Assembly (NCBI GenBank): GCA_030141605.1 | Contig: JAQGDQ010001742.1 | Location: forward strand, 1-27,169 | Reading direction: 5' to 3' | DNA: 27,169 nucleotides | From: Tubiluchus corallicola | Lineage: Eukaryota; Animalia; Priapulida | Part shown: piece by piece, positions 23,590 to 27,169 of the stretch | How positions within the stretch are numbered: position 1 is the stretch's first letter | How the letters are laid out: each line of letters starts with the position of its first letter | The notes under the pieces: generated by a model | Database searches by the model: none | What the model saw: the letters and a program-made list of their open reading frames with translations, nothing else | Told to the model about the DNA's origin: nothing | Translations under genes and position numbers: made by a program

Positions 23590-25503
23590 TAATAAACAAA
23601 CAGCACCAATAATAAACAAACAATAGTTTAATGTTACAATACTATTACACCAATAATAAACAAACAGCACCAATAATAAACAAACAATATTTTAATGTTA
23701 CAGTATTATTACACCAATAATAAACAAACAGCACCAATAATAAACAAACAATATTTTAATGTTACAATATTATTACACCAATAATAAACAAACAGCACCA
23801 ATAATAAACAAACAATATTTTGATGTTACAATATTGTTACACCAATAATAAACAAACAGCACCAATAATAAACAAACAATAGTTTAATGTTACAATACTA
23901 TTACACCAATAATAAACAAACAGCACCAATAATAAACAAACAATATTTTAATGTTACAATATTATTACACCAATAATAAACAAACAGCACCAATAATAAA
24001 CAAACAATATTTTAATGTTACAATATTGTTACACCAATAATAAACAAACAGCACCAATAATAAACAAACAACATTTTAATGTTACAATATTATTACACCA
24101 ATAATAAATAAACAGCACCAATAATAAACAAACAATATTTTGATGTTACAATATTGTTACACCAATAATAAACAAACAGCACCAATAATAAACAAACAAT
24201 ATTTTAATGTTACAAAATTATTACACCAATAATAAACAAACAGCACCAATAATAAACAAACAATATTTTGATGTTACAATATTATTACACCAATAATAAA
24301 CAAACAGCACCAATAATAAACAAACAATATTTTAATGTTACAATATTATTACACCAATAATAAACAAACAGCACCAATAATAAACAAACAATATTTTAAT
24401 GTTACAATATTATTACACCAATAATAAACAAACAGCACCAATAATAAACAAACAATATTTTAATGTTACAATATTATTACACCAATAATAAAAAAACAAC
24501 ACCAATAACAAACAAACAATATTTTAATGTTACAATATTATTACACCAATAATAAACAAACAATATTTTGATGTTACAATATTGTTACACCAATAATAAA
24601 CAAACAGCACCAATAACAAACAAACAATATTTTAATGTTACAATATTATTACACCAATAATAAACAAACAATATTTTGATGTTACAATATTGTTACACCA
24701 ATAATAAACAAACAGCACCAATAATAAACAAACAATATTTTAATGTTACAAAATTATTACACCAATAATAAACAAACAGCACCAATAATAAACAAACAAT
24801 ATTTTGATGTTACAATATTATTACACCAATAATAAACAAACAGCACCAATAATAAACAAACAATATTTTAATGTTACAATATTATTACACCAATAATAAA
24901 CAAACAGCACCAATAATAAACAAACAATATTTTAATGTTACAATATTATTACACCAATAATAAACAAACAGCACCAATAATAAACAAACAACATTTTAAT
25001 GTTACAATATTATTACACCAATAATAAATAAACAGCACCAATAATAAACAAACAATATTTTGATGTTACAATATTGTTACACCAATAATAAACAAACAGC
25101 ACCAATAATAAACAAACAATATTTTAATGTTACAAAATTATTACACCAATAATAAACAAACAGCACCAATAATAAACAAACAATATTTTGATGTTACAAT
25201 ATTATTACACCAATAATAAACAAACAGCACCAATAATAAACAAACAATATTTTAATGTTACAATATTATTACACCAATAATAAACAAACAATATTTTGAT
25301 GTTACAATATTGTTACACCAATAATAAACAAACAGCACCAATAATAAACAAACAATATTTTAATGTTACAATATTATTACACTAATAATAAACAAACAAC
25401 ACCAATAATAAACAAACAATATTTTAATGTTACAATATTATTACACCAATAATAAACAAACAGCACCAATAAAAACAAACAATATTTTAATGTTACAATA
25501 TTA
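23590..25503. repeat. Satellite array, 64-bp unit (20+44 bp subunits), about 30 copies
   Basis: Unit AATAATAAACAAACAGCACC + AATAATAAACAAACAATATTTTAATGTTACAATATTATTACACC. A few units lack the 20-mer. Confidence 0.95.
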
Positions 25504-25914
25504 CTCTGGAGCTAATTCAAATTCGTAGTTCTTTTAATTTATGAACTTTTCCGGAGCGCGAAGCACTGGGTTGCTCGCTTATTGACCCTTTTCCTCCCAA
25601 CTGCCTATTTGTTATAATTTAGCGTGGTCATGAACTAGCGCAACCACAAAATCCGTTTTTTTTTTTTTTTGTAAAAACTTAAAGTACAAAGCAACTCATT
25701 TGTGATGTGACAATATAGAAACTGGCGAAACCGAATCTCACAAACGACGGGGTTGGCTTCACGGCGAAACAGACCTGTTTATAAGGTAACATGAGGTTTT
25801 CTGTACTGAGCCCGTTAAAAGGTATACATTTCAACACAATTAATACTGCAAAAGCGTTTCTGTATACTTAAATAATAGATTAAAAACTTAATTAATAGCA
25901 AGCGAGCCCAACCA

Positions 25915-26775
25915 TTGATGACATCGCAAACTAACATAATTTTCAACAGCAAAAATATTCCACGAGCGTATTCCAATTTCAAATTTACCGCTGCACCCAA
26001 GCATGAGCTCTCGAACGTGTCTAGTTCGTCACAAACTAACACGTCTAAACTGAACAGTACAACGCCTGTTTTTTGTGCAATGCGTTTCCCAAATTTTCGA
26101 GACATTTTGTTCAGACTAGGACGCGTAGATCGTGGACCGTGTATCTATGACCCGATGGAGCAACAAAAGCTGGAACATTTATTAACCCACTGTGAACTTG
26201 ATACGTCAGTCGAATTTTAATTTCTAAATTGAAGAGGCAACTGAAAAGGGGTATTCATCGTCCTGAACACTACCTGATCAAGTCTCATCACTACCCCTGC
26301 ATGCAGCGTACATTACCGAACACGCTGCTATTTGGTTCGTCAAGCTCACAAAAACTTTTACACGTTTAAATTTCACTTAAATTGCGGAGCTGAAAAAATA
26401 CGTCCACCCACTGCAACAACCTGTTTAAGAACAGTGAAGATAGCTCTTCAACAACCCATAGAACCAGCTAAAAAACCTGCAGGAGGACAAATGTTTAGAT
26501 TTTGCACAGAAAGATTTAAACACTTCAGCATTGATCCTTAGAAATAAATGCGCTTGGGGCATTGCAGCGTGTAGGGAGTCCTGGCATAGGGAGGTGAGCA
26601 GAATCATGTCCCTGGACCTTATGATTCATTGGATGATTTTATACAACACACTTGAACGTAGTCCATTACTTCCAATCAAATTCCTTAACCTAAAGTTAGG
26701 TAGAACAATTGAAATATTAAATAAAACTGTAGTCTTACTAAATAATTACTAAATAAATATTAAATAAACAAATAA
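25915..26775 (+). mobile_element. Degenerate non-LTR retrotransposon ORF2 C-terminus (CCHC-like region, possibly L1/Tx1-like)
   Basis: FPNFRDILFRLGRVDRGPCIYDPMEQQKLEHLLTHCE resembles the C..C....E..EHLL..C knuckle. It has stops and frameshifts, and an A-rich end near 26750-26775. Confidence 0.4.
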
Positions 26776-27169
26776 GCTTTTATTCTATTTTTCAAGCCGC
26801 TTGTTCACGTAAACAAAGCGGCGTCCAAAAAGCTAAGAAGAAGTAAGAAGAAGTAATGCAGAGCTTTGCCTTCTCCCTATATATACGCGCTGCTTTGCTT
26901 AGTGCTTGTGGTGTCTTAGGATAACGTGGCATCAGCTCTGCCTATGAGATTAAGCTGCGCTCATCTCGCTTACTGTGAGGACATACCGATGTATATAGCT
27001 TATACTTCTGCAGTGGTAATTATATTAAATTGCCAAGAATGTTCGGATGTTTAAAGGAAAACCGGATGATTGTGTAAAGACGAGTTCAGAATACAGAATG
27101 CTCTAAAATATTGAAAACTACAATAGCTTATTTTAAATCAAAGCTTAGATTAAATAATAATTACCTCGG

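Noticed and set aside
26870-27169. TATA-like CTATATATA and possible promoter or LTR at the window end
   Set aside because: No downstream gene, terminal repeat or TSD is visible within the window.

Overview
AT-rich, intron-containing eukaryotic (most likely invertebrate animal) DNA, not prokaryotic. It is dominated by transposon debris: hAT, piggyBac-like, pogo and foldback-type elements, solo LTRs, LINE 3' ends, and micro- and minisatellites. Two genes look intact. The first is a three-exon minus-strand gene that the ORF track only partly shows (CDS 7062-6999, 5353-5183, 4836-4628). It encodes a 147-aa secreted protein: a signal peptide plus two internal LxK...AVY...DG.K repeats and 4 Cys. 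It has a duplicated STAT-consensus promoter block and a truncated inverted paralog whose exon has diverged much more than its intron. The second is a BTB-BACK gene with an uninterrupted ORF and a MATH-like C-terminus (18560-19813). Between them lie orphan minus-strand exons: USP19-like with a stop, a NEDD4-type WW exon, and coiled-coil exons. All calls come from reading the sequence by eye. No searches were run.
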